NCBI GenBank assembly: GCA_044229975.1
Contig: JBGARZ010000003.1
Location: forward strand, 1-64,000
From: Polyangiales bacterium
Lineage (GTDB): Bacteria > Myxococcota_A > Polyangia > Polyangiales > Ga0077539
Direction of reading: 5' to 3'
DNA: 64,000 nt
Shown here: positions 19,399 to 27,980 of the stretch, piece after piece
Layout of the letters: the number at the start of each line of letters is the position of its first letter
How positions within the stretch are numbered: the first letter of the stretch is position 1
Notes under the pieces: generated by a model
Databases searched by the model: none
Told to the model about the DNA's origin: nothing
Seen by the model: only the letters and a program-made list of their open reading frames with translations
Position numbers and translations under genes: made by a program

Positions 19399-20328
19399 TC
19401 AGTGCGCGCCCGCCGCGTCGAGCTCTTCCTGGATCCAGTCGCGGAGCATCGGGCGCTCGATGGGCAGCTCGTAGCGGCGACCGTTGATGTAGATGGTCGG
19501 CGTCCCGCTCAGCTCGAGGCGCTCGCCCTCGCGGCGCGTCGCGGCGATGGCTGCCTCGATCTCGGGCGACGCGATGTCGGCGCGGAAGCGGGCCATGTCG
19601 AGGCCGAGCTGCGTCGCGTAGCGCGCAAGGTCGGCCGTCTCCAACGCGCGCTGGTTGGTGAAGAGCAGCGCGTGCATCTCCCAGAACTTCCCCTGGCGCC
19701 CGGCCGCGAGGGCGGCGCGCGCGGCGGCCATCGCGTGGGTGTGGCCGCTGAGCGGGAAGTTCATGTGCACGACGCGCAGGCGACCGGGGAAGTCGTGCTC
19801 GACCTGCTGGATGATGGGGATCGCGTGCGCGCAGTGCGGGCACTCGTAGTCGCTGAACTCCACCAGCGTGACCGGCGCGTCGGCGGCGCCCTGCGACGGG
19901 GCGCCCGTGGTGTTGACCGTCGCGGCGTTGGAGGGGCTGTAGCGGAGCCGGAGCTGCTCGGACGCCTCGTCGCGGCTGCGACCGTCGCGCACCATGCGGG
20001 CGAGGAAGCGGAGCGCCGGCGAGCACGTGCGACACGGTCGACGATCGCGCGCGCACACGGCGAGCGAATAGGGCTCGCCGCAGGTGGAGAGCTCTTCGTT
20101 GGCGAGCGCCCAGAAGTTCTCGCGCTCGCTGCTGCTCAAGTCGGCGAGGTCGATGCCGGGGATCTCCGTGACGTCACCCGTGCGCGCGGCTGCCTGCGGG
20201 CGAGCAGCATCGCCCGCGCGCGTGGCGCCGTCGGGCGTGGCCGGAGCCCGGTTGTTGCGACAGCTCGCGCCCAGACCGAGGCCCGCGAGGACCAGCACGA
20301 CGCACAGTTCGAAGCGGGGACGAGACAT
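19399..20328 (-). CDS. DsbA/thioredoxin-family lipoprotein
   Basis: Lipobox GASC; EFSDYECPHC active site; GTPT cis-Pro loop; extra four-Cys N-terminal domain. Confidence 0.9.
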   Translation of the reverse strand: MSRPRFELCVVLVLAGLGLGASCRNNRAPATPDGATRAGDAARPQAAARTGDVTEIPGIDLADLSSSERENFWALANEELSTCGEPYSLAVCARDRRPCRTCSPALRFLARMVRDGRSRDEASEQLRLRYSPSNAATVNTTGAPSQGAADAPVTLVEFSDYECPHCAHAIPIIQQVEHDFPGRLRVVHMNFPLSGHTHAMAAARAALAAGRQGKFWEMHALLFTNQRALETADLARYATQLGLDMARFRADIASPEIEAAIAATRREGERLELSGTPTIYINGRRYELPIERPMLRDWIQEELDAAGAH

Positions 20329-20371
20329 GACGGACGGCTCTACTTTGCGCCTCGCGAGAGTGTCAAGACGC

Positions 20372-21181
20372 TCAGGAGTCGGGGGCGCCCGCGGCGATCC
20401 AATCGGCGACCAGCCGCGTCTCCTCGTCGCTGAGGGCAACGCCTCCGCGAGGCATCCGCGCGCCCCAGATGGGGCCGTCACCGAGGAGCTTGTAGATGAC
20501 GTAGCTGTACTCGGGGCGCCCTTGCCCCGCGGTGATGCCGGGGTCGACCCGCGGCAGGGTCGACCATCGCGGATCGAGCGTCTCCAGGAAGGCTCTCCCG
20601 CCGCGCTCGCGCGCGAGCACACCGACGGCGGTGGTGCGGATGGCGTCGGCCGTGGACAGGTCGAGTCCCATGGCCGGGTCGTCGCCGCCGTGACAGCCCG
20701 ACCCGGTGCAACGCGCGGCCAGGAGCGGGGCGACCTCAAGGCGCAGCGAGACATCCCTCGGCGGCGCGACGTCGACGCGGACGGTCGGACGGAAGCGCAC
20801 CTCGATGGGGTGGCTCATGGCGCTGCCCTCCCAGCCGCGGAGCCCGACGTCGACGGTGAAGACGTACTCGAGGCCGGGGCGCAGGTCGTTGGCGCTGGGG
20901 TAGAGGCTGAGCGAACGATCGATGGGATCGTAGCGGAGGCCAGCGAAGGCCTGGAGGCCGCCCGTGGTCAGACGGAGTTGCGTGCGGTTGATGGACGACG
21001 GCGCGAGCAATCGATCGAAGCGCACCCGGAGGGGCGGGCCGATGGGGTGACTCCCGCGGCCACCATCCGGGGCGGATGGCTCCGTCGAGAGCACCTGGAG
21101 CTGGCTGGGAGGAAGGGTGTTGTTCGGCAGCGCGTCACACGCGCCGAGCAGAGGAAGGGCGAGGCCTAGGAGTCGGCGTAC
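20372..21181 (-). CDS. Ig-like (Big_5-type) domain + c-type cytochrome domain protein, probable lipoprotein; start codon uncertain
   Basis: VRFDRLLAPSSI ... LRPGLEYVFTV Ig-like segment; CTGSGCH heme motif; C-terminal RMP ... WIAAGA. Lipobox LGAC lies upstream of the first canonical start (GTG 21094). Confidence 0.72.
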   Translation of the reverse strand, partial: VRRLLGLALPLLGACDALPNNTLPPSQLQVLSTEPSAPDGGRGSHPIGPPLRVRFDRLLAPSSINRTQLRLTTGGLQAFAGLRYDPIDRSLSLYPSANDLRPGLEYVFTVDVGLRGWEGSAMSHPIEVRFRPTVRVDVAPPRDVSLRLEVAPLLAARCTGSGCHGGDDPAMGLDLSTADAIRTTAVGVLARERGGRAFLETLDPRWSTLPRVDPGITAGQGRPEYSYVIYKLLGDGPIWGARMPRGGVALSDEETRLVADWIAAGAPDS

Positions 21182-21420
21182 TCGTTGATCTGCTCGCGGA
21201 CGACCTGGTCGGTGATGCCCCGCGTGATCATCGGCTTCAGCACGTCGGCCAGGGTCAGCAGGAGATCGTCGACAGTGCCGTCCTGGTTGAGCTTCTGCAG
21301 GAGTTGACGCGACTCGTGGTTGTCGTCCTTCCGCAGAAATTCCCGAACAGTGTCGATGTCGATGTCGCCCTGGAAGTCGAGCTGGATGTTGTCGAGCAGA
21401 TAACGGACAAGTTCCTTCAC
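21166..21420 (-). CDS. Small acidic helical hypothetical protein (84 aa)
   Basis: Strong SD (GAGGAGG) before GTG; natural, non-shadow amino-acid composition. Confidence 0.85.
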   Translation of the reverse strand: MKELVRYLLDNIQLDFQGDIDIDTVREFLRKDDNHESRQLLQKLNQDGTVDDLLLTLADVLKPMITRGITDQVVREQINEYADS

Positions 21421-21542
21421 GGACGCCCTCCTCGGGAGCAGCGCGCAAACGCACGCGGGTCCGTCTCATAGCGCCACCCCGGAGCGAGCGGCAAGGCCAA
21501 AGTACACCCCCGCGGACACCTCTCGGGCCGCGGGTTTGTACG

Positions 21543-24113
21543 TCACTCCTCCCACCAGGGCCGCGCCGCAGGCGTTCCGGGCGTGGTCGGCGTGGTCGGC
21601 GTGGTCGGCGTGGTCGGGGTCGTCGGCGTGGTCGGGGTCGTCGGCCGCGTGCCCGGGCGGGCCACCGGTACGACCGGCGCCACGTTTTCGACCTCCAGCG
21701 TCGGAGCGGAGACGAGCCACCAGGGGAGCTCACGGCCCTGCGGGTCGAGCCCGAGGCCGTTGATGGTTTCGCCGCCGCCCTGCGCGCGCGACGCGCGGGT
21801 GTCGATCACCCGACGAAACTCCTGACGCATCTCGCGAAACGCCGTGAACTCCAGCGGCTGGATCACCCGATCCATGCACGCCCGCAGTTCGGGGTCGTTG
21901 GGCGCGTAGGTCGTGAGCCGCACTCGCGCGTGCTGCGCCGCGAGGGCCGCGGCCTGGGCGGCGACCCACGCCTGCGACTCCTCGGTGGTCGTCGGGTGCA
22001 TCGCGCCGTCGGCGCCCGCCGTGCGCGCCGGAGGATTGGCCTCCATCAAGCGCCGCGGCAGCTCGCTGCGCAGCGTGACCACCACGCGGATCTGGTTGAG
22101 CGTTCCGTTGCGGCTCACCGCCCCCTGGGCGCACTCGCGCACCTCGTCGAGGTGGGTGTTCCAGACCTCGTCGAAGGCCGCGTCGGTGAGCGACGTGGGC
22201 ACCGCCTGCTGCGCCTCGTGCAGGTGATTGAGCTCCGCCTGCAACGCGGCCACGCGCTCGCTCTCGGTCTGCTGGTTGGCCGCCGTCGCGGTGGCCGCCG
22301 CGTCGCGCTGCTGGAGTTCGCCGACGTGGGCGCGCGGGACGGGGTTGACCCGCGTGTCCTCGGAGAGCTGCTGGAGCCAGGTGCGCGCGCCCGCGTCGCC
22401 GTGACGGAAGATCGCGTCGATGGCCGTGTTGAGGGCGACCGCGCGCTCGGGACCGCGGAAGGTCGAGTCCGACTGGTAGAGCTGCACCCAGCGTTGGAGC
22501 ACCGGCACCGCGCCGCCCTCGCCCAGCGCGCCGATGGCGTTGATGACATCGGGCAGCGCCTCGATGGGCGTCTCGTGGTCGAGCAGGTGCGCGGTGAGGC
22601 CGGGTACTGCCTCGCGGGCGTTCATCGCGACGAGCGTCGGCGCGATGACCTGGAGCGGCGGCGCCGAGTGGTTTTCGAGGTAGTCGAAGTGTTCTTCGAG
22701 CGCGGCGACGAGGAAGCGCGCGCCGTTGCGCCGCGACTGCAACGCCGTGGCGATGGTCTGCTTGAGCTGCGACGGAATCGAGCGCTGCGTGTAGAGGTCG
22801 AGGAGGTCGTGGGTGACCTCTTCGTCCTCCAGGCGCGCGAGTCGGCTCACCAGGAAGGCGCGAAAGGGCACGAGGCGGTTGTCGTTGTCGCGGATGAGCG
22901 AGACGAGCTGCTCGCGCGCGGTGCCTTCGGGCGCGGTGCGCTCGGCGGGGAGCGCGAGGCCGCCGAGGTCGAGCTCGATGGCGCCGACCTGGGCGTTGAG
23001 CTGCGCCACGACACCGACGGACCCGGTGGCCGGGTCGATGCCGCGCACGCGACCGCCCGCCGCGACCACGAAGAGCCCGGTGGGCGTGAGCTGCATGGCC
23101 TCGACGTCCTCTTCGAGGCGTGTGGCCCAGCGCACGGCGCCGGTGGCGGCGTCGACCGCGAGCACGTCGTGGTAGTAGGCCGCGAAGATGGTGTCGCCCT
23201 GCACCGCGAGGCGCTCGGCGTCGCCGCCCGGGAGGAACGTGAAGCGGATGCGGTCGCGCGCGGTGCGGGTGCCCGTCGTGGGCAGAAACGCGTCGCGGTA
23301 GATGAGCGGGTCGCCCGGGATCCCTTCGAAGGGGTTGGCGAGAAACTGGCTGCCCGCGCGGGTGCCCGAGGCGCTGTCGGCGTTGAGCCGGTAGATGCCG
23401 CGGCCGCCGTAGAAGACGCCCTGCGGCGACGCGAACACCCACGACAACACGTCGTCGGTGGAGCGCAGGCGCGCCCGCTCGACCCCGTTGTCGAGGCCGA
23501 GCACCGCGATGCTCTGGCGGTCCCACGGAACAAACGCGAGCCCGCCGCGCGCCGCCGGGCGGCCGACGATGCCGCCGAGCTCGTGGGACCAGCGCTCGCT
23601 ACCACTGCGAGCGTCGAACGCAGCGACGCGGCCGGAGCGGCGACCGCCTCCCGTGAGCCCCGCCGCGAAGCACATCACGATGGTGTCGCCGTCGCGGTCG
23701 GCGCCCGCGAAGTCGAGACCCTGATGCTCGACGTGACCGCGCTCGGCGCCGGTCGCGAGGTCGAGGATCTTCGTCGAAGAGCCGACCTCGACCACCAGCG
23801 CGTCGCCGAGGATTTCGGGCGTGCTCGTGGCCGCCATGGGGTGGGACCACAGGGCCTGACCCGTCGAGGCGTCGTACACCGCGACGGCGCGGCCCTCGCC
23901 CTGCGTGACCGCCGCGATGAGCGGTCGGCCGGTGCTGTTGCGCGGACGATCGGTGACGGCGGTGGCTCCGGCCCGCGAGGCCACCTCACCGAGGCGGGCG
24001 CGGTTGTTGTCGCCGAAGCGCGACGAAAACGCCGTGGTGGTGCGGATGGGCGGCATGCAGCCCATCGCGGACACGGTGACGAGGGCAGAGAGAGCGAGGG
24101 CGCGGCGCTTCAT
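21543..24113 (-). CDS. Lipoprotein: PQQ/BamB-like beta-propeller + HEAT repeats + C-terminal AgmX/PglI (TonB-C-like) domain
   Basis: Lipobox AMGC; repeated AxDAxTGxxxW blades (YDASTGQALW, FDARSGSERW, VDAATGAVRW); HEAT-like ALGEGGAVPVL; Cys pair in EVRECA ... LRACM; Pro/Thr tail. Confidence 0.8.
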   Translation of the reverse strand: MKRRALALSALVTVSAMGCMPPIRTTTAFSSRFGDNNRARLGEVASRAGATAVTDRPRNSTGRPLIAAVTQGEGRAVAVYDASTGQALWSHPMAATSTPEILGDALVVEVGSSTKILDLATGAERGHVEHQGLDFAGADRDGDTIVMCFAAGLTGGGRRSGRVAAFDARSGSERWSHELGGIVGRPAARGGLAFVPWDRQSIAVLGLDNGVERARLRSTDDVLSWVFASPQGVFYGGRGIYRLNADSASGTRAGSQFLANPFEGIPGDPLIYRDAFLPTTGTRTARDRIRFTFLPGGDAERLAVQGDTIFAAYYHDVLAVDAATGAVRWATRLEEDVEAMQLTPTGLFVVAAGGRVRGIDPATGSVGVVAQLNAQVGAIELDLGGLALPAERTAPEGTAREQLVSLIRDNDNRLVPFRAFLVSRLARLEDEEVTHDLLDLYTQRSIPSQLKQTIATALQSRRNGARFLVAALEEHFDYLENHSAPPLQVIAPTLVAMNAREAVPGLTAHLLDHETPIEALPDVINAIGALGEGGAVPVLQRWVQLYQSDSTFRGPERAVALNTAIDAIFRHGDAGARTWLQQLSEDTRVNPVPRAHVGELQQRDAAATATAANQQTESERVAALQAELNHLHEAQQAVPTSLTDAAFDEVWNTHLDEVRECAQGAVSRNGTLNQIRVVVTLRSELPRRLMEANPPARTAGADGAMHPTTTEESQAWVAAQAAALAAQHARVRLTTYAPNDPELRACMDRVIQPLEFTAFREMRQEFRRVIDTRASRAQGGGETINGLGLDPQGRELPWWLVSAPTLEVENVAPVVPVARPGTRPTTPTTPTTPTTPTTPTTPTTPGTPAARPWWEE
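21580..21642. repeat. 9-bp tandem repeat x7 (GGCGTGGTC/GGGGTCGTC) encoding a Thr-Thr-Pro linker
   Basis: Seven consecutive 9-mers read directly from the sequence. Confidence 0.9.
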
Positions 24114-24970
24114 CGGGGGGCTCCAGCCGCGGGGGCGTCGTTGATCTGTCGGATGGCGAGCTCGGCGCGGGCGCGCGAGCGGGAGCGATCGGCGGGCGGG
24201 AGTTCGCGCACCCACTCCTGGAGGAAGGCCTTCACCTGGGTGGTGGGCGAGCGCGACACGAGCTGCTCGACGATGCGGAGCTTCACCGGGTCGAGGAGGT
24301 CGCGTCGGTCGAGGAAGCGACGGAAGCCCGGGAGCAGCACCGAGAGCGGCGCGTGCCCGACGGACTCCAGCAGACGGTCGGCCGCGGCGGCGTCGCCGAG
24401 CGCCCCGATGGACTCGGCGGCCTCGGGGATGTTTCGCTCGAAGGCCCGCTGGAGGAGCGCGAGCGAGCCGCGGGCATTGATGCGCCCGAGCGCGCGGGCG
24501 GCCTCGGCGCGGACGCCGTTGTCGGAGTCGCGCAGGCCCGACTCGATGAGGCTGCGGGTGCGCGGGTCGCGGATCTGGCTGAGCGAGGTGACCGCGCGGA
24601 GGCGCACCGTGGCGCGGCGGTGGCGCAGGAGCGAGGAGAGCTCGTCGATGGCCTCCGGGCGCCCGAGGATGCCCAGCTTGGTGACCACGAGGTCGAGCAC
24701 GTCGTCGGGGAGGCCGCCGTGCACGAGCGCGACGAGCGGCGGGACGGCCTCGGCGGTGCCGATGCGGGTGAGCGCGTCGACGCCTTCGATGACCTCATCG
24801 GTGTCGCGCGACTGGAGTCGTTGGATGGCCTCGCGCAGCGTCAGCGGCCGGGCGACGGCGGCGGCGGTCGCGGGGGGACGAACCGGCCGGGGCTGCGCCT
24901 CGGCGTGGGAGAGGACCGTGAGCGCAGCGAGCGTGACGGACAGGGCGCTGAGCCGGGAGGAGGTCTGCAT
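24110..24970 (-). CDS. Secreted HEAT-repeat protein
   Basis: Sec signal ending AEA-Q; repeats VRLRAVTSL and VRAEAARALG; SD GGAG; ATGA overlap with the next gene. Confidence 0.85.
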   Translation of the reverse strand: MQTSSRLSALSVTLAALTVLSHAEAQPRPVRPPATAAAVARPLTLREAIQRLQSRDTDEVIEGVDALTRIGTAEAVPPLVALVHGGLPDDVLDLVVTKLGILGRPEAIDELSSLLRHRRATVRLRAVTSLSQIRDPRTRSLIESGLRDSDNGVRAEAARALGRINARGSLALLQRAFERNIPEAAESIGALGDAAAADRLLESVGHAPLSVLLPGFRRFLDRRDLLDPVKLRIVEQLVSRSPTTQVKAFLQEWVRELPPADRSRSRARAELAIRQINDAPAAGAPR

Positions 24971-25116
24971 CGGGATCTTGGGCTCCGTGCGGGCGGGCGA
25001 ATGAGGCGGCGCCGTTCTAGAACAGGGGGACACACGCGATCAAGGGAGGCCCTTCGGGAGACGGTCTTTGCGCGGACGGTGGAGTTGCTTGTAGAGCGTT
25101 GGGCGCGATCGCCCCG

Positions 25117-27750
25117 ATGCCACGCCGCGAGCCCCGTCCCGACCTCAAACCCCGACCGACGACCCGGGCTCCCTCCGCGCTCGCGGTGTCGCTTGGCGTT
25201 GGCGTTGGCGTGGCCCTCACCCTCGGCACGCCAGGCCCGCGCGACCTCCGGACCGCCCTCGCCCGTCGCGGGCTCACCGTCATCGACGAGCCCGGTTGGT
25301 TCTCCCGCTCGGCGCTCGGCGACCGGGCCCTGGTGCTCGCCCGCTCGGGGAGCGAGGTGGCCGACGTGTTCGCTGTCACCGCGCGGCGCGATGCACGGGG
25401 TCGCGTGCTCTCCATCGTCGACGTGTCGAACCTCACCCGCTCGCCCGGCGCCGAAGAAGGAAGCCTTTCGGTCGCGGGCCGGTGGGGCGCCTATGCGACA
25501 CGGGTCGGCGACGAGGTGGTGGCCTTCACCGTGGTCGACCTCGCGGGCGCCCCCGAGGCCCTGCGCGCGACCGGCGATCGCGGGGCCCGGTTGCGCGCGT
25601 CGGTGTCGCGGCTGCAGTCGAGCGGGCGCCTCGCGGGCTACGGGCTCGACCGCTTCGACCTCACGCGACCCGTGCGCTCGCTCTCGCTGCGCTGGCAGGG
25701 CGACCGGCTCGCGGTGTCCACGGCAGCGCGCTCGCTGGTCGTCGATGCGCCGTCGCGGCACATCGTCGAGGGCGCCGATCTGCTGCGCGAGAGGCCGCGC
25801 CTCGCTGGCACCACGGGCTGGGTGACGTGGGCGGTGGACACGGTCCGCGCGATTCCATGGATCGGCGGAGCGCCCATCGCGTGGGCCGAGCGGGTGGCGT
25901 TCGGGCTGCAACACGAGGTGGCGCGCGCCCGGGTTCGCATCGGGGAAGACACCTCGCAGGCCGAAGTGGCGGAAGACCTCGCGGACGTGCTGCGCTCGGG
26001 CCCGACGCGCGACGTCGATGGCCCCGTCGAGGGGTGGCCGCCGACGCCCATGACCGCGCGGCTGCGACCGGCGCTCGCGCACGAGGGAGAGTGGTCGCTC
26101 ATCTCGCGCGACGACCCCTTCGTCGGCGGCAACCCCGGAGCGCCACCTGCCTTCGCGCAATCCTTCATCCGCACCGACCCGGAGCGGCCCGACACGCGGG
26201 TGTACGTCACGCTCTGGGACGCGCGGCAGGTGGAGCTGCACGTGGTGCCGGGATCGCAAGAGCCGATGGGCGCGACGGGCGAGACCGGCAGCGGCTCGGT
26301 GCCGCGCGACCCGCGCACGATGTCGAGGATGGTCGCGGGATTCAACGGCGGCTTCCAGGCGCTGCACGGCGAGTGGGGCGTGTTCGCCGAGGGGACGCTG
26401 TTTCTTCCGCCGAAGCCATGGGGCGCGACCATCGCGGTGCTCGAAGGCGGGCGCACCGGCTTCGGATCGTGGCCGCCCGATCAGGCCGCCATTCCGTCCG
26501 AGGTGCTGGAGTTTCGGCAGAACCTCACCGCCCTCGTGGAGGACGGCGTGCTCAACCCGTATCACCGCAACTTCTGGGGAGGCACCGCGCCGGGTGGGCC
26601 GCCGGGCGAGACGCACACCGCGCGCACGGGGCTTTGCTCAACAGTCGAAGGGCACGTGGCGTTCTTCTGGGGCAACGGGCTCACGGAAGTGTCGCTCGGC
26701 GAGGCGATGCTCGCGGCGCGCTGCTCCTACGGCCTGCACCTCGACATGAACGGCGCCAACACGGGCTTCGAGTTCTACCGGGTGGGGCGCACCGGAACGC
26801 TGCCGCCGTTGCCGCGAGGGCCCGTGCGCGACGCCGAAGCGCAGGGCCCCGTGCCCGGTGCGCCGGGCTTCGAGTACCGCGTGCGACGCATGGTCAGGGG
26901 CATGCACCCCATGAGCTTCCCGCGGTACATCAAGCGCGACCCGCGGGACTTCTTCTTCCTGATGCTCCGGCCTGTTCTGCCAGGAGCTCCGATGCCGACA
27001 CCCAACCAGCCGCCCGTCGAGGGCGAAGGGCGATGGACCGTCGAGGGCCTCTCTCGCGTGCCCTTCCCGTGGCCTCTCGCGCGCACTCGCGTGCGTCCCG
27101 ACGTCGGCCATCCCGATCGCTGGGTGAACCTGCTGCGCGTCGATCCGCGTCGCGTGCGGTCGGCGCCGCCCGGCGCCACCGAACGCGTCGCGACCCTCGT
27201 GAGCTCAGCGCCTCCCTCGACCGGAACCCCTCGCCTCCGCTGGGACCCACAGGCGGGCGGTCGCTGGGTGGAGTCCGCCGAGGGCGATGGCTTCGAAGGG
27301 GAGGCCCTCGCGCCCGGATCACCCGCGACGCGCGGCGCCTGTGTCGATCGCGACGGCTTCCTGGTGCTCGCCGTGGCCGACCGCGCGATGCCCGACCTGC
27401 TGGCAGCGGCCTTCGAGCTGGTCGGCTGCGCGGGCACGCGCTTGAGTCTCACGGGAGGCGCGACGCTCACGACCGAAGCCGGGCGCGATGCGCTTGGCGC
27501 TGCGCTCGGGCCCGAGGCGACGCCGCGACTCGACCTGGTGCTCGGAGGCCGGGGCGGCGCGGAGCGGGTGTTTCCCGAGGTGCGACCGGTGCCGACGCGG
27601 GTCTGGTACGACGCGCAGCACCGTCGGGTGCGCTACCGACAGACGGGTGATGGCGGGGTGCAGATCAACCTCACCGGGGGACAGCGGGTGTCGGTGCCGA
27701 GCTGGGGCGGGAGCGGTCGAGCACCCGGTGACGCCGGAACACCGCGGTAG
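25117..27750 (+). CDS. Large membrane-anchored protein with a phosphodiester-glycosidase (NAGPA/DUF2233)-like core
   Basis: N-terminal TM segment; VAGFNGGFQ, TARTGLC and GLHLDMN resemble the NGGF / RTAIG / LDGG family motifs. Family call is tentative. Confidence 0.6.
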   Translation: MPRREPRPDLKPRPTTRAPSALAVSLGVGVGVALTLGTPGPRDLRTALARRGLTVIDEPGWFSRSALGDRALVLARSGSEVADVFAVTARRDARGRVLSIVDVSNLTRSPGAEEGSLSVAGRWGAYATRVGDEVVAFTVVDLAGAPEALRATGDRGARLRASVSRLQSSGRLAGYGLDRFDLTRPVRSLSLRWQGDRLAVSTAARSLVVDAPSRHIVEGADLLRERPRLAGTTGWVTWAVDTVRAIPWIGGAPIAWAERVAFGLQHEVARARVRIGEDTSQAEVAEDLADVLRSGPTRDVDGPVEGWPPTPMTARLRPALAHEGEWSLISRDDPFVGGNPGAPPAFAQSFIRTDPERPDTRVYVTLWDARQVELHVVPGSQEPMGATGETGSGSVPRDPRTMSRMVAGFNGGFQALHGEWGVFAEGTLFLPPKPWGATIAVLEGGRTGFGSWPPDQAAIPSEVLEFRQNLTALVEDGVLNPYHRNFWGGTAPGGPPGETHTARTGLCSTVEGHVAFFWGNGLTEVSLGEAMLAARCSYGLHLDMNGANTGFEFYRVGRTGTLPPLPRGPVRDAEAQGPVPGAPGFEYRVRRMVRGMHPMSFPRYIKRDPRDFFFLMLRPVLPGAPMPTPNQPPVEGEGRWTVEGLSRVPFPWPLARTRVRPDVGHPDRWVNLLRVDPRRVRSAPPGATERVATLVSSAPPSTGTPRLRWDPQAGGRWVESAEGDGFEGEALAPGSPATRGACVDRDGFLVLAVADRAMPDLLAAAFELVGCAGTRLSLTGGATLTTEAGRDALGAALGPEATPRLDLVLGGRGGAERVFPEVRPVPTRVWYDAQHRRVRYRQTGDGGVQINLTGGQRVSVPSWGGSGRAPGDAGTPR

Positions 27751-27875
27751 GTCCGCCGACGATCTACCCAAGGATCACCGTCCCCGGCGCAGTCTCAACG
27801 ACCGTCGCACGCGCCGTGACTCCCTCGCCGCAGTGAAGCTGCGGGAAGAGAGCGGTGATGCGATGGGCGCTGTCG

Positions 27876-27905
27876 TTGACGGCGCGAGCACGCAACGAGT
27901 AGAAC
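27876..27905 (+). promoter_or_regulatory. Putative sigma70 promoter for the kinase gene
   Basis: TTGACG, 18-bp spacer, TAGAAC. Confidence 0.5.
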
Positions 27906-27980
27906 GCCGGGGCCTTTCGACTGCGATCCCGTTTTACAGCTTTCAACAGGTACCCTGATCGGCCCGAGGAGAGTCCTGCG

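Noticed and set aside
21580..21642. Possible CRISPR-like array
   Set aside because: Contiguous 9-bp units without spacers, inside a coding linker; no cas genes.
21930..25004. 1024-aa plus-strand ORF
   Set aside because: Antisense shadow of the propeller and HEAT genes; no motifs.
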